Program-made: the position numbers and the translations under genes
The notes under the pieces: generated by a model
The model's database searches: none
Seen by the model: the letters and a program-made list of their open reading frames with translations, nothing else
Told to the model about the DNA's origin: nothing
Origin: an uncultured candidate division Zixibacteria bacterium
GTDB lineage: Bacteria > Zixibacteria > MSB-5A5 > GN15 > FEB-12
Length of the DNA: 64,000 nucleotides
Direction of reading: 5' to 3'
Assembly: GCA_963806185.1 (NCBI GenBank)
Contig: CAWDXE010000001.1
Coordinates: 32,001 to 96,000, forward strand
In this document: positions 20,098-28,199 of the stretch, in pieces
Position numbering within the stretch: position 1 is the stretch's first letter
How the letters are laid out: each line of letters opens with the position of its first letter

Positions 20098-22844
20098 GGC
20101 TGTACTCCGGAATCTTCCTCCACGGAATCACCGCAGGCCATGTCCAGCGGCTGCATAGACATGAACAGGTAATCGATCAGCCGGGTCAGATCGACGATAT
20201 CCACCTGGCAGTCGCCGTTTACATCGCCGATGAGCGGCTCGTCAAAAGGCGCGGGAGAAATAAAGAGTCTCGAAATGAATTCCGACAAATCCCCGATATC
20301 GATATTGGCATTGCCGTCGATATCCCCCGGCACATACGTACGGAAACTGGTTGGCGCCGACACGACCTGCATCCCCTCCGGGTCCGTTGCGAAGACCCGC
20401 CAGTAATAGGTCTTGTTAGGGGCCAACTTCTGCTTGAACCCTACCGTTGTATCCATCATCAACACACTGTCAGTGTGGAGGAGAAAGCTCGGGACAGTAG
20501 AAAATTGCCACTGATACGTGATCACCTGGAAGGGATCGGGATCAACGGCCGGGTGCCAGGAGAACTGCGGATGTAAGTTCACGACCGGATGGTCACTCTC
20601 CACTGGATGGGCCAGGAACGGGGGAAGCGGCGCCTCGTGGACTCGGTCGATCCCGAAATACCGGGGACTTGACCAATCTGAAAACATGTACCCGTCCCAC
20701 GAGCGTACCTGCCAGGCGGCAATGCTGTTCTCCGCCATGTTGAGCGGGATGGCACACGACGGGAGGACTCCGGGAGTAAACGGCCCGACGGTAAGCACCA
20801 GGTACTCATCGGTCATGGCCATGTCTTTGTAGAACCGGAATTGATACTTGACGGTGTCACCGTCGGCGTCCGACGACGACCTGGTTTGAAAAGTGGTCGA
20901 GAAGGCGCTGAATACCGACTGGTCGGGCGGCGAATTGAGGACCGGGATCGACGGTGCGCGATCGATGCGAAACGCGGTGAAGTGCCACTGCGACCAGCCG
21001 CTTCCGGCCGAGGCACGCATGCGCAAGTAATAGACTCTGCCCCTTTGCAGTTCGCTCCCATAGTAGACCAAGGTAGTGGCGGTCTGAGAGATTTCTCCGC
21101 TGTCCCACGTATCCACAAGTAGCCAGTCGTTGCCGGTGTTCACCTGAAACTGCAGCTTCACTTGGCGCCCGCGATCGCGCGGATCAGCATAATTCCAGTT
21201 GAATGCAGGCTGCAGATTGAACGCGTGAAGGTTACCGGGGCTGCCGTCGACGAAGATATTGACCACATTCATCGGCACGGAAAAATACGGCAGGAAGCCC
21301 ATGTCGTTGGGCGACCCATCCGGATCATTGTAGGCGGGATCGGGATTGCCGGAATTTATGCACGGCGATCCGGTCAGCAGATGGTAGGCCTGCAAATCGT
21401 TGCTTGCCACCCGCGGGTCGATATTCTTGCTGGTGCTGCTGAGCGCATGGACCGAGCCGCCGGACCCAACATCATGCGAGTTGTTCCAAAAGCAATTGTA
21501 CATTTCGCTGACATTACCGGACGTCCCGCTGATCGCCCACCCCGCACACTCAGCAAAGATATTGTTCTCAAAGTGGCTGTCAGCGTGAAAGCCGTTCAAC
21601 ATGGAACTGGTGATGTGATAGACGGTATTGTTCGAGAAGTGCACAACACATCCCGCGGCGGCAATCGCACCGCCGGGGGCGGTCACATTGGAAAACAACG
21701 AGCGTGTGATGGAAATCGTTGATCCTGCTCCCCCGGTAATGCACGACGCGCTGAAAGTACAATCGCGAATTCGCATATTCCTGAACGTCACCGATGACTT
21801 GGTAACAATGAATGCCGACGATGCCTTCTGCTCAATCAGTGTGAAGCCATCGACGACCGCATCGACGGCATTGAAGAACTGCATCACATAGCCGGTCGCG
21901 TCGGACATGATCAGGAAGGTCGAGTCCGGCCCACCGTGTGCGACTATGATTGCCCCCGTCGCCACCGGGGCTCGATCGAGCACGTAGGTTCCGGGAGACA
22001 CCAGGATCGAGTCCCCACCGGCTGCCGCATACAGTGCCTCGTGGAGTGCAAACGGCTCGGGAACCGTGTACGTTTTGGGAAGGTGAACCCGGAAAGCCGA
22101 TTCCCGCATTCCTCCCCAGTGATCGCCGTCATGAAGTCGAATCTGTATTTGATACTCTGTCTCATCGACTAACGGCGGCCCCAGGTACGCAAGCGTCGTG
22201 TCCGAAGTGTAGACTTCACCGCTGGCCCATCGCGGCGACCAGGTTGAGTCTGAAAATTCCAGGATGGTGACTTCTACCCGTTGCTGGAGGGCGGCCGACG
22301 AGTTGCGGTAGCCCCAGTAGATCGTCGGCGACAGCGTCCGGCAAATACCTTTCTCGACGCCAAAATTGATGTCGACCGGAATGGGCTGAGTGGTGGTGTC
22401 AATCTCAATGATATACCCATGCCGTTTATCCAGGGCGACATCGTTCCATCGGTAGCCGAGCTCTGAGGAGAGGACGGCGACGTTTTCGCGACTCCCGCCG
22501 TTATTCGGTTCACCCGAGAACCAGTTGCTGTAGGCCCACGGCTCACCAGTCACCCATTGCCAGACCCCTTCGTGACCTTCATCGGTCGCCCCGATGAACA
22601 AGACACCCCCAGCCGACGCGGCGTGCGAGGCGATGAAATCCTGCTCGTGTTGAGAGGTGATGGTCGCCAGCGTACCTCCGCGCGATTCGGCGTCCGCCTC
22701 AGCCTCCGGCCAAGTTGTGGCGGCGGTAACAATGATGTACATGTGGCCGGTTGAAGAATCCACGACCTGCGAATGTGACGAATGGCACAAGAGGAGAGAT
22801 GCGAAGAACGCTAGCCCGGTGAACAGGCAAGTGCGGTGCTGCAT
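20094..22844 (-). CDS. Secreted C-type lectin / beta-helix / Fn3 / dockerin-like protein (paralogue A)
   Basis: Same architecture as downstream gene: WFSGEPNN, RWNDV, SPCINSGNP...DPDGSPNDMG, GDIDGNANIDIGDL / GDVNGDCQVDIVDL. Confidence 0.85.
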   Translation of the reverse strand: MQHRTCLFTGLAFFASLLLCHSSHSQVVDSSTGHMYIIVTAATTWPEAEADAESRGGTLATITSQHEQDFIASHAASAGGVLFIGATDEGHEGVWQWVTGEPWAYSNWFSGEPNNGGSRENVAVLSSELGYRWNDVALDKRHGYIIEIDTTTQPIPVDINFGVEKGICRTLSPTIYWGYRNSSAALQQRVEVTILEFSDSTWSPRWASGEVYTSDTTLAYLGPPLVDETEYQIQIRLHDGDHWGGMRESAFRVHLPKTYTVPEPFALHEALYAAAGGDSILVSPGTYVLDRAPVATGAIIVAHGGPDSTFLIMSDATGYVMQFFNAVDAVVDGFTLIEQKASSAFIVTKSSVTFRNMRIRDCTFSASCITGGAGSTISITRSLFSNVTAPGGAIAAAGCVVHFSNNTVYHITSSMLNGFHADSHFENNIFAECAGWAISGTSGNVSEMYNCFWNNSHDVGSGGSVHALSSTSKNIDPRVASNDLQAYHLLTGSPCINSGNPDPAYNDPDGSPNDMGFLPYFSVPMNVVNIFVDGSPGNLHAFNLQPAFNWNYADPRDRGRQVKLQFQVNTGNDWLLVDTWDSGEISQTATTLVYYGSELQRGRVYYLRMRASAGSGWSQWHFTAFRIDRAPSIPVLNSPPDQSVFSAFSTTFQTRSSSDADGDTVKYQFRFYKDMAMTDEYLVLTVGPFTPGVLPSCAIPLNMAENSIAAWQVRSWDGYMFSDWSSPRYFGIDRVHEAPLPPFLAHPVESDHPVVNLHPQFSWHPAVDPDPFQVITYQWQFSTVPSFLLHTDSVLMMDTTVGFKQKLAPNKTYYWRVFATDPEGMQVVSAPTSFRTYVPGDIDGNANIDIGDLSEFISRLFISPAPFDEPLIGDVNGDCQVDIVDLTRLIDYLFMSMQPLDMACGDSVEEDSGVQP

Positions 22845-22887
22845 TCCGGTGTGGCCCTTCCAAGTGGTGTGACGTAGTAATTGCCGG

Positions 22888-22916
22888 AATGTACACCGAA
22901 ATGTCGACTATGTCAA
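22888..22916 (-). promoter_or_regulatory. sigma70-type promoter for the lectin-dockerin pair
   Basis: TTGACA-17-TACATT about 45 nt upstream of ATG 22844. Confidence 0.7.
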
Positions 22917-22998
22917 TAGGAGTTACCGGGTTAACTGCGACAAAATACCCGGGGGTTGATGCTCTACGCGTTAGTAGGGCATGGCGGAATAAAGAAAA

Positions 22999-23072
22999 TA
23001 GCGGTGCAGGGACTCGAACCCCGGACACGTGGATTATGATTCCACTGCTCTAACCAACTGAGCTACACCGCC
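22999..23072 (-). tRNA. tRNA-Met (CAT), probably elongator; CCA not encoded
   Basis: GGCGGTGTAGCTCAGTTGGTTAGAGCAGTGGAATCATAATCCACGTGTCCGGGGTTCGAGTCCCTGCACCGCTA folds as a cloverleaf. Confidence 0.96.
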
Positions 23073-23244
23073 ATTACCATTCAATTGAACCGACAAAATA
23101 CACCCTTTGCTCCCGTCGTCAAGCGACAATCTGCGGCTTTTCCGCCGGGCCGGAGCCAGCCTCGACCCCGAGTTCCCTCAAAGGATCAGTGAGTCTGCCG
23201 ATAATATGACCTATGAGCACACATTCCGCGTCCGGAGAATCCCC

Positions 23245-23997
23245 ATGGCCAAGATTCTGGTGGTCGACGACGACCCGGCAATCCTTGGGTTGATCCAACA
23301 GATTCTCGAAAAGCACGATTACGACATTGTGTCCGCGGCCTCGGTCCGCGTTGCACTGAAGATGCTGGACAACGATCCAGCCATCGATCTCGTACTCAGC
23401 GACGTGCATATGCCGAAAGCCTCCGCCTTCGACCTTCTCCGGGCAGTCGCGCAGACCCCTCGCCTGCACTCACTTCCGATTATCCTGCTGTCCGCCAAGG
23501 GAGACGAACCGACACTTCGCGAGGGCCTGAAAGCGGGCGCCAAGGATTTTATCGTCAAGCCATTTACCGCCGACACGCTCACTTCAAAAATCGAACGCAT
23601 CCTGCGCCAGGGTAAACCGTGCGTGCTCCTGATCGAGGATGAGAAGCTGATCCGGGATAAGCTCCGACACACCATTGAACGGCAGGGGTTCACTGTCCTC
23701 ACCGAAAAAAGCGCCGAGGACGGCCTGGCTCGCCTCAACAGCGACCGGGTGGAAATCGTCATTGCTGACATCGGTCTGCCGGGCATGAACGGCATGGAAT
23801 TGACCCGGCTGGTCAAGGAGAGGTATCCGGGCATCGCTGTCGTCATCATTACCGGCCTGTCGGCCAGCCAGACCAAGGGGACCACGATACGGTGCGGGGC
23901 GGATGCTTACCTGAGCAAACCGTTCCGGAACACGGAGATTATTCTCAAGCTGAGAGGCGTGCTGCAGAATCAGGCAGCTGGGACGACCAATCAATAA
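23245..23997 (+). CDS. Response regulator made of two tandem receiver domains, no output domain
   Basis: ILVVDDD...SDVHMP...KPF and VLLIEDE...ADIGLPG...KPF; ATG 23245 after GGAG. Confidence 0.9.
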   Translation: MAKILVVDDDPAILGLIQQILEKHDYDIVSAASVRVALKMLDNDPAIDLVLSDVHMPKASAFDLLRAVAQTPRLHSLPIILLSAKGDEPTLREGLKAGAKDFIVKPFTADTLTSKIERILRQGKPCVLLIEDEKLIRDKLRHTIERQGFTVLTEKSAEDGLARLNSDRVEIVIADIGLPGMNGMELTRLVKERYPGIAVVIITGLSASQTKGTTIRCGADAYLSKPFRNTEIILKLRGVLQNQAAGTTNQ

Positions 23998-24031
23998 AAG
24001 AACCGGCCAATCATCCTGATCGACCGGTTCT
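23996..24031 (-). terminator. Intrinsic terminator-like hairpin, possibly bidirectional
   Basis: Minus strand AGAACCGGTCGATCA-GGA-TGATTGGCCGGTTCT followed by TTT. Confidence 0.6.
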
Positions 24032-24035
24032 CGTA

Positions 24036-24135
24036 ATTAAAAAGGAGTTCCCCCTCACTAGGAACTCCTTCATCCCCACCTCTTAAATACCCTTCACCGC
24101 CATACTGCGTAATATTTAAGAGTAACTAACTACGC
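24036..24135 (-). ncRNA. Candidate ~100-nt sigma54-dependent small RNA
   Basis: Lies between a sigma54-like promoter and a terminator (AAGGAGTTCC-8-GGAACTCCTT-TTT, 24070-24039); internal 10-bp stem CTCTTAAATA/TATTTAAGAG; no sizeable ORF. Confidence 0.5.
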
Positions 24136-24145
24136 GACTTATATA

Positions 24146-24162
24146 CACAATCGGTGTGCCAA
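24146..24162 (-). promoter_or_regulatory. sigma54 (-24/-12) promoter-like element
   Basis: TTGGCACACCGATTGTG; correct spacing, but TTGT instead of TTGC at -12. Confidence 0.55.
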
Positions 24163-24300
24163 TTCTGGCACAATTTCCAAAATGCAAGGTAATCTATTGT
24201 TTAATATGCACTTGAAGGGCTGCCTGCAGTGTGCAGTTAACAAATAGAGATCATCGACGCATTATCTGCGCCAGTCTTTCCACACCAAGCGGGGTGATGG

Positions 24301-24331
24301 TGCAATGTTTACATTGCACATCAACAACTTA
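24301..24331. promoter_or_regulatory. Palindromic candidate enhancer site with adjacent IHF-like site
   Basis: Perfect TGCAATGT-TT-ACATTGCA (24301-24318) followed by CATCAACAACTTA. Confidence 0.5.
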
Positions 24332-24381
24332 CAAATCGCACGATCTGCGCCAGGCAATGCCGCTTTGCTGAGGAACTGACG

Positions 24382-25803
24382 CTAATGAGCAGCTTTTGCG
24401 CCAGTGGCTGGCCGTTTTGCGGCTAAATGCACGGAAAGCCCATGCACATCATGCGCCGCTTCCATAATCGATTCGGAAATCACCGGATGGCCAAAGATCA
24501 ACTTGCCGAGGTCAGTAGCGGTCATGCCTTGATTGATTGCCAGCGCGGCGACATGGATTGCCTCCGTCGCGTGAACACCGACCATATGAACACCCAGCAG
24601 TTTGTCAGTCTTCTTGTCCGCGATCACTTTGACTTCACCGGCAATCTCGTTTTCGGCGTGAGCTTTCCCCAGCACGCGGAGCGGGAATCTGCCGATCGCC
24701 AGTTCGTGCTCTTTGGCGGCATCCGGTTCGTTCATCCCCACTGAGGCGACCTCAGGATGCGTGAAGATGACCGATGGCACGCCGGAGTAATTCTTTTTCG
24801 CCTTAAGCCCGAGTGCGTTGTCGACGGCCACCGCGCCGTCATGAGTCGCCGTGTAGGCCAGCAGAATTTCGCCGCGGACGTCGCCAATCGCGAAGATGTT
24901 CTTCACGCTGGCGCGCATGTCGGCGCCCGTCTTGATCGAACCATTGGGATTCAGCTCGACGCCGACGTCTTCCAGTCCGAGGTCCTGTGTATTGTACGCC
25001 CTCCCGACCGAAACCAGCGCCTGATTGGCGTCGATCGTCTTGCCGTTCGACAATCTTGCCTGAATGCCGGCCGGTCCGCCGGTGATACCTTCTACTTTGG
25101 TTTTGGTATAGATCTGCACCTTGTGCTTCTTGAGTTCACGCTCGAGAATCTGCGACGAACCCGGGTCTTCCATCGGCAGCGGGCGATCCAGCATTTCGAC
25201 CATCTCGACCTTGACCTCAAGCATCGACAGCATCGCCGCCCATTCGCAGCCAATGACGCCGGCGCCGATTATGAGCATCGACTCCGGCAAGTGATCCAGC
25301 TCGAGCAGATGGTCGGAAGTCAGAATTCTCTTTCCGTCGATCGGAAAGGCGGGAATGTTGACGGCCCGCGACCCAGTGGCGATGATGATATTCTCCGCTT
25401 TAAGTCGGGTTTCATTGCCATTCTCGTCGGTGACCACTACCTGGTTTGGCCCGCTGATTCGTCCCCAGCCCTGGTAGTGCGCGACGCCATGGGACTTGAA
25501 AAGCTGGCCTATTCCGCCCACCAGCATCGACACAATCTTGTCCTTTCGCTGACGCATGGCGGTCCAATCGTACACCGGAGGCGTGGCCAGGCGTATACCG
25601 AACGCCTCGGCGTTCTTCATATTGTAGTATTGAGTGGCGGAGGCGATAAGCGCTTTGGACGGGATGCAGCCACGGTTGAGGCAGACGCCGCCCAGTTCCC
25701 GGTACTCGACTACCGCTACCTTGGCGCCTTTGAGGGCAGCGCGGATGCCGGCTGTATAGCCTCCCGGGCCACCTCCGATTATGACAATCTGATACTGTTC
25801 TAT
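24382..25803 (-). CDS. lpdA: Dihydrolipoamide dehydrogenase (apparent ATA start)
   Basis: Frame extends 61 codons upstream of the track ORF to include IIGGGPGGY and GGVCLNRGCIPSK; also GAGVIG and HPVISE; TAAGGAG-6-ATA at 25803. Confidence 0.95.
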   Translation of the reverse strand: MEQYQIVIIGGGPGGYTAGIRAALKGAKVAVVEYRELGGVCLNRGCIPSKALIASATQYYNMKNAEAFGIRLATPPVYDWTAMRQRKDKIVSMLVGGIGQLFKSHGVAHYQGWGRISGPNQVVVTDENGNETRLKAENIIIATGSRAVNIPAFPIDGKRILTSDHLLELDHLPESMLIIGAGVIGCEWAAMLSMLEVKVEMVEMLDRPLPMEDPGSSQILERELKKHKVQIYTKTKVEGITGGPAGIQARLSNGKTIDANQALVSVGRAYNTQDLGLEDVGVELNPNGSIKTGADMRASVKNIFAIGDVRGEILLAYTATHDGAVAVDNALGLKAKKNYSGVPSVIFTHPEVASVGMNEPDAAKEHELAIGRFPLRVLGKAHAENEIAGEVKVIADKKTDKLLGVHMVGVHATEAIHVAALAINQGMTATDLGKLIFGHPVISESIMEAAHDVHGLSVHLAAKRPATGAKAAH

Positions 25804-25884
25804 GGCGAACTCCTTACTTGGTCGACGGCTTACACGGGCGGTAATTTAGCCGATTTTGGCATACCCGCAAGCCCACGACCTAAC

Positions 25885-25914
25885 AAAAAAACCGGCGCAG
25901 AGGCGCGCCGGTTT
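25885..25914 (-). terminator. Intrinsic terminator
   Basis: AAACCGGCGC/GCGCCGGTTT stem with U-run on the minus strand after the lipoprotein gene. Confidence 0.85.
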
Positions 25915-25937
25915 CGGAAAATCTGTCATACCGAAGG

Positions 25938-26462
25938 TTATTCGGACGCCGAGAAGGTGACAATCACCTTGCCGGAATCGACCTTGAATGAGGTCCCTTC
26001 ATTGCCTGAGCTGGTCGCGTAGTAGTCGAATTTCCCCGTTTTGACGAGCGCTTTCAACGCGTCAAGATTCTTCAAGTACCCCAGCGATTGCGCGTAGGTG
26101 ATGTGAGTTGTCCCGGGCGCCACGTCAAGGTCTTCCAGAATGACCTTGGCTGACGATGGTACGGCGCTTGGATTGGCCGAGCCGCTGTAGCTATCGACGA
26201 AGACGTTGAAGGTGACGTTGCCGGACTCGGTAGAGGTAATGAAAAATTCCGCTCCGACAGCGTCAATCGCATCGATCTGGTCCTTGTGATCCTCCCAGTC
26301 CGACTGATTGGTCAGGTCGATTTCATAGTAGTAGAAGCCACTCTGCGCCGTGAACGAAAACGACTCCACTATGACGAAGGTCCCGGAGATGAGGCAGCCT
26401 GCTACCAGAATGCCGATGGCCGCCAATCCCCAAATGCCGAATGTACTATTAAGCTTACGCAT
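25938..26462 (-). CDS. Putative lipoprotein of unknown function
   Basis: Hydrophobic leader ending LVAGC; beta-rich body. Confidence 0.7.
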   Translation of the reverse strand: MRKLNSTFGIWGLAAIGILVAGCLISGTFVIVESFSFTAQSGFYYYEIDLTNQSDWEDHKDQIDAIDAVGAEFFITSTESGNVTFNVFVDSYSGSANPSAVPSSAKVILEDLDVAPGTTHITYAQSLGYLKNLDALKALVKTGKFDYYATSSGNEGTSFKVDSGKVIVTFSASE

Positions 26463-26472
26463 ATTGCCCCTT

Positions 26473-27012
26473 TCAGAAATTGAGGATCAGCCCGCCGGTC
26501 ACCGAGGCGGATTTCTTTGAACCGCCACCGTCGAGCGGGATGACGTGAAGTTTACCTCGAACACTCAGATCAAGTTTTGGCGAGAAGCCAAACAGGAAAC
26601 CGAGACCGCCGGAATAGCCGATTCGCGACTCGTCGTACTGGGTATCGTCGTTCTTCATCTTGTATGAAGCAATGCCTCCGACAAATATCGGCTTGAAGCC
26701 GGGAACCCCTGGCCCTCCGCCGAGGACGGCGTCGACGCCGTAGCTGGTGACCTTGGAACCGTCGATCCCCAAATCTATGCCTTCAACCGGATCCGGCTCG
26801 CCATACTTGGCGAACGCAACGTTCGGTTCCAGGGAGAGAAAGCCTAATTTGAAGCGGGCCATGAAGCCGAAAATCTTGCCGCTTCCCTGGTCATCCTGAA
26901 TAATCGGGATGGTGAGGCCGCCAAAGGCGCCAACGCCCATCTTCGGAGTCTGAGCCGCTGCGACCGTGGATATGAATATTCCACAGAGCAGCAATAGTAT
27001 TGTCCTTCTCAT
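26473..27012 (-). CDS. Small outer-membrane beta-barrel protein
   Basis: Start MRRTILL at 27012 after GGAGG; signal peptide; amphipathic Gly-rich strands; terminal LILNF. Confidence 0.82.
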   Translation of the reverse strand: MRRTILLLLCGIFISTVAAAQTPKMGVGAFGGLTIPIIQDDQGSGKIFGFMARFKLGFLSLEPNVAFAKYGEPDPVEGIDLGIDGSKVTSYGVDAVLGGGPGVPGFKPIFVGGIASYKMKNDDTQYDESRIGYSGGLGFLFGFSPKLDLSVRGKLHVIPLDGGGSKKSASVTGGLILNF

Positions 27013-27061
27013 GGGACCTCCTTTTGATTCATCTGTCGCGAGTATTGCCTGAAGTGACAAC

Positions 27062-27090
27062 AATTTATCAGTCGTCCATCGCGCTGTCAA
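27062..27090 (-). promoter_or_regulatory. sigma70-type promoter for barrel/lipoprotein pair
   Basis: TTGACA-17-TAAATT. Confidence 0.6.
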
Positions 27091-27530
27091 GGTTTTACGT
27101 AATATTCGACCGTGCATTCGCCGCACCTCCCGCCTCGTCCGCAATCCGGCGACGCCATCGTCACGGCGACGTCCGGCGACCGGAGCATCCGTCTTTCGAG
27201 CGGCGATTGATCACGGAGGGGCGATGGACAACTCCTCACTCGACGATGACGTGATGAGGTCACTGGATACCACGGAAGCCGGCACGATAGAGAGAGCGGC
27301 GACGGCTCAACTATTTTGTTAACTGCTGTTCGCTTTGGCCGACATATCAGTCAGATAGCGTCGTAATCTCTGGCCAAGAGGGGACGGCGAAACCGAGGCA
27401 ATTCTTGACGGTCCGGTGAAAGTGGACGGAGGGACTCCATCTGAAGCTGTCTCTGCTCAAGCTCAAGCCCCCGGTGGAGTTATCCACAGTCGGCCGACGC
27501 AAAAAAAATCCGCTTTGGCGTAAAAAATCC

Positions 27531-27558
27531 TTGACAGATTTTCGGAACTCTATATACT
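27531..27558 (+). promoter_or_regulatory. sigma70-type promoter of polyamine operon
   Basis: TTGACA-16-TATACT preceded by A-tracts. Confidence 0.75.
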
Positions 27559-27564
27559 CACTCG

Positions 27565-27599
27565 TGTTTATTAAACAAAAAAGGTTAGTATATTAAACC
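27565..27599. promoter_or_regulatory. Candidate operator(s) for the XRE-cupin regulator
   Basis: Perfect TGTTTA-T-TAAACA (27565-27577) and imperfect GGTTAGTATATTAAACC (27583-27599) just downstream of -10. Confidence 0.55.
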
Positions 27600-27619
27600 C
27601 AGGAGCGTCATAACCCGAG

Positions 27620-28162
27620 TTGGACATCAACATCGCGAAGAAAGTCAAGACCCTACGGCTGGCGGCCGGATTAACGCAGGCGGAGCTAGCGGATCGAGCC
27701 AAGCTGACCAAAGGGTTTATCTCCCAACTCGAGAATGAACAGTCCTCCATCTCCGTGGATTCTCTCGCTGACATTCTGGATGCGCTGGGAATTCCACTCG
27801 CCGAGTTCTTCTCCGACAAAAGGCAGGCCAAGGTCGTCTACTCACCCTCCGAGCGGGTGGCGGTCGAAGGCAAAGGGGCCGGACGGTTTGAGCTGCTCGT
27901 CCCCGGCTCAACCAACAACCTCATGGATCCGATCTTTGTCGAGCTGGCTCCGGGCGAGAAGCTGGAGCGTCAGGGACCGCATCCCGGTGAGCAGTTCGGG
28001 TACATCTTTAAAGGTACCGCCACGTTGAAAATTGATCGTGCTGTCTATAGGGTGCCGAGCAAACATTGCTTCTATTTTGAGTCCGATCGGACTCATCAGG
28101 TTGTCAATGCTTCAAACTCGGTGGTGCAGTTTTTGTGGATTACGACACCGCCACAGATGTGA
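27620..28162 (+). CDS. XRE HTH + cupin transcriptional regulator (PuuR-like)
   Basis: LTQAELADRAKLTKGFISQLEN; cupin HPGEQFGYI..G; TTG start after AGGAG. Confidence 0.9.
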   Translation: MDINIAKKVKTLRLAAGLTQAELADRAKLTKGFISQLENEQSSISVDSLADILDALGIPLAEFFSDKRQAKVVYSPSERVAVEGKGAGRFELLVPGSTNNLMDPIFVELAPGEKLERQGPHPGEQFGYIFKGTATLKIDRAVYRVPSKHCFYFESDRTHQVVNASNSVVQFLWITTPPQM

Positions 28163-28199
28163 CGGTAACCTGTTTCCGGTAAGAAGGAGGAACCAACTA

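Noticed and set aside
17317..22844. Diversity-generating retroelement targeting the lectin domains
   Set aside because: No reverse transcriptase and no near-identical template/variable repeat pair; the lectins are N-terminal canonical CTLDs.
8491..23072. Genomic island integrated at the tRNA-Met 3' end
   Set aside because: No integrase, and I found no duplicated tRNA 3' end (att site) at the far side of the cluster.
27224..27322. 32-aa ORF MDNSSLDDDVMRSLDTTEAGTIERAATAQLFC with GGAGGGG upstream
   Set aside because: Only an SD-like sequence supports it; no motif, promoter or terminator.
27480..27488. Replication origin
   Set aside because: Only one DnaA box; no box cluster, unwinding element or dnaA/dnaN context.
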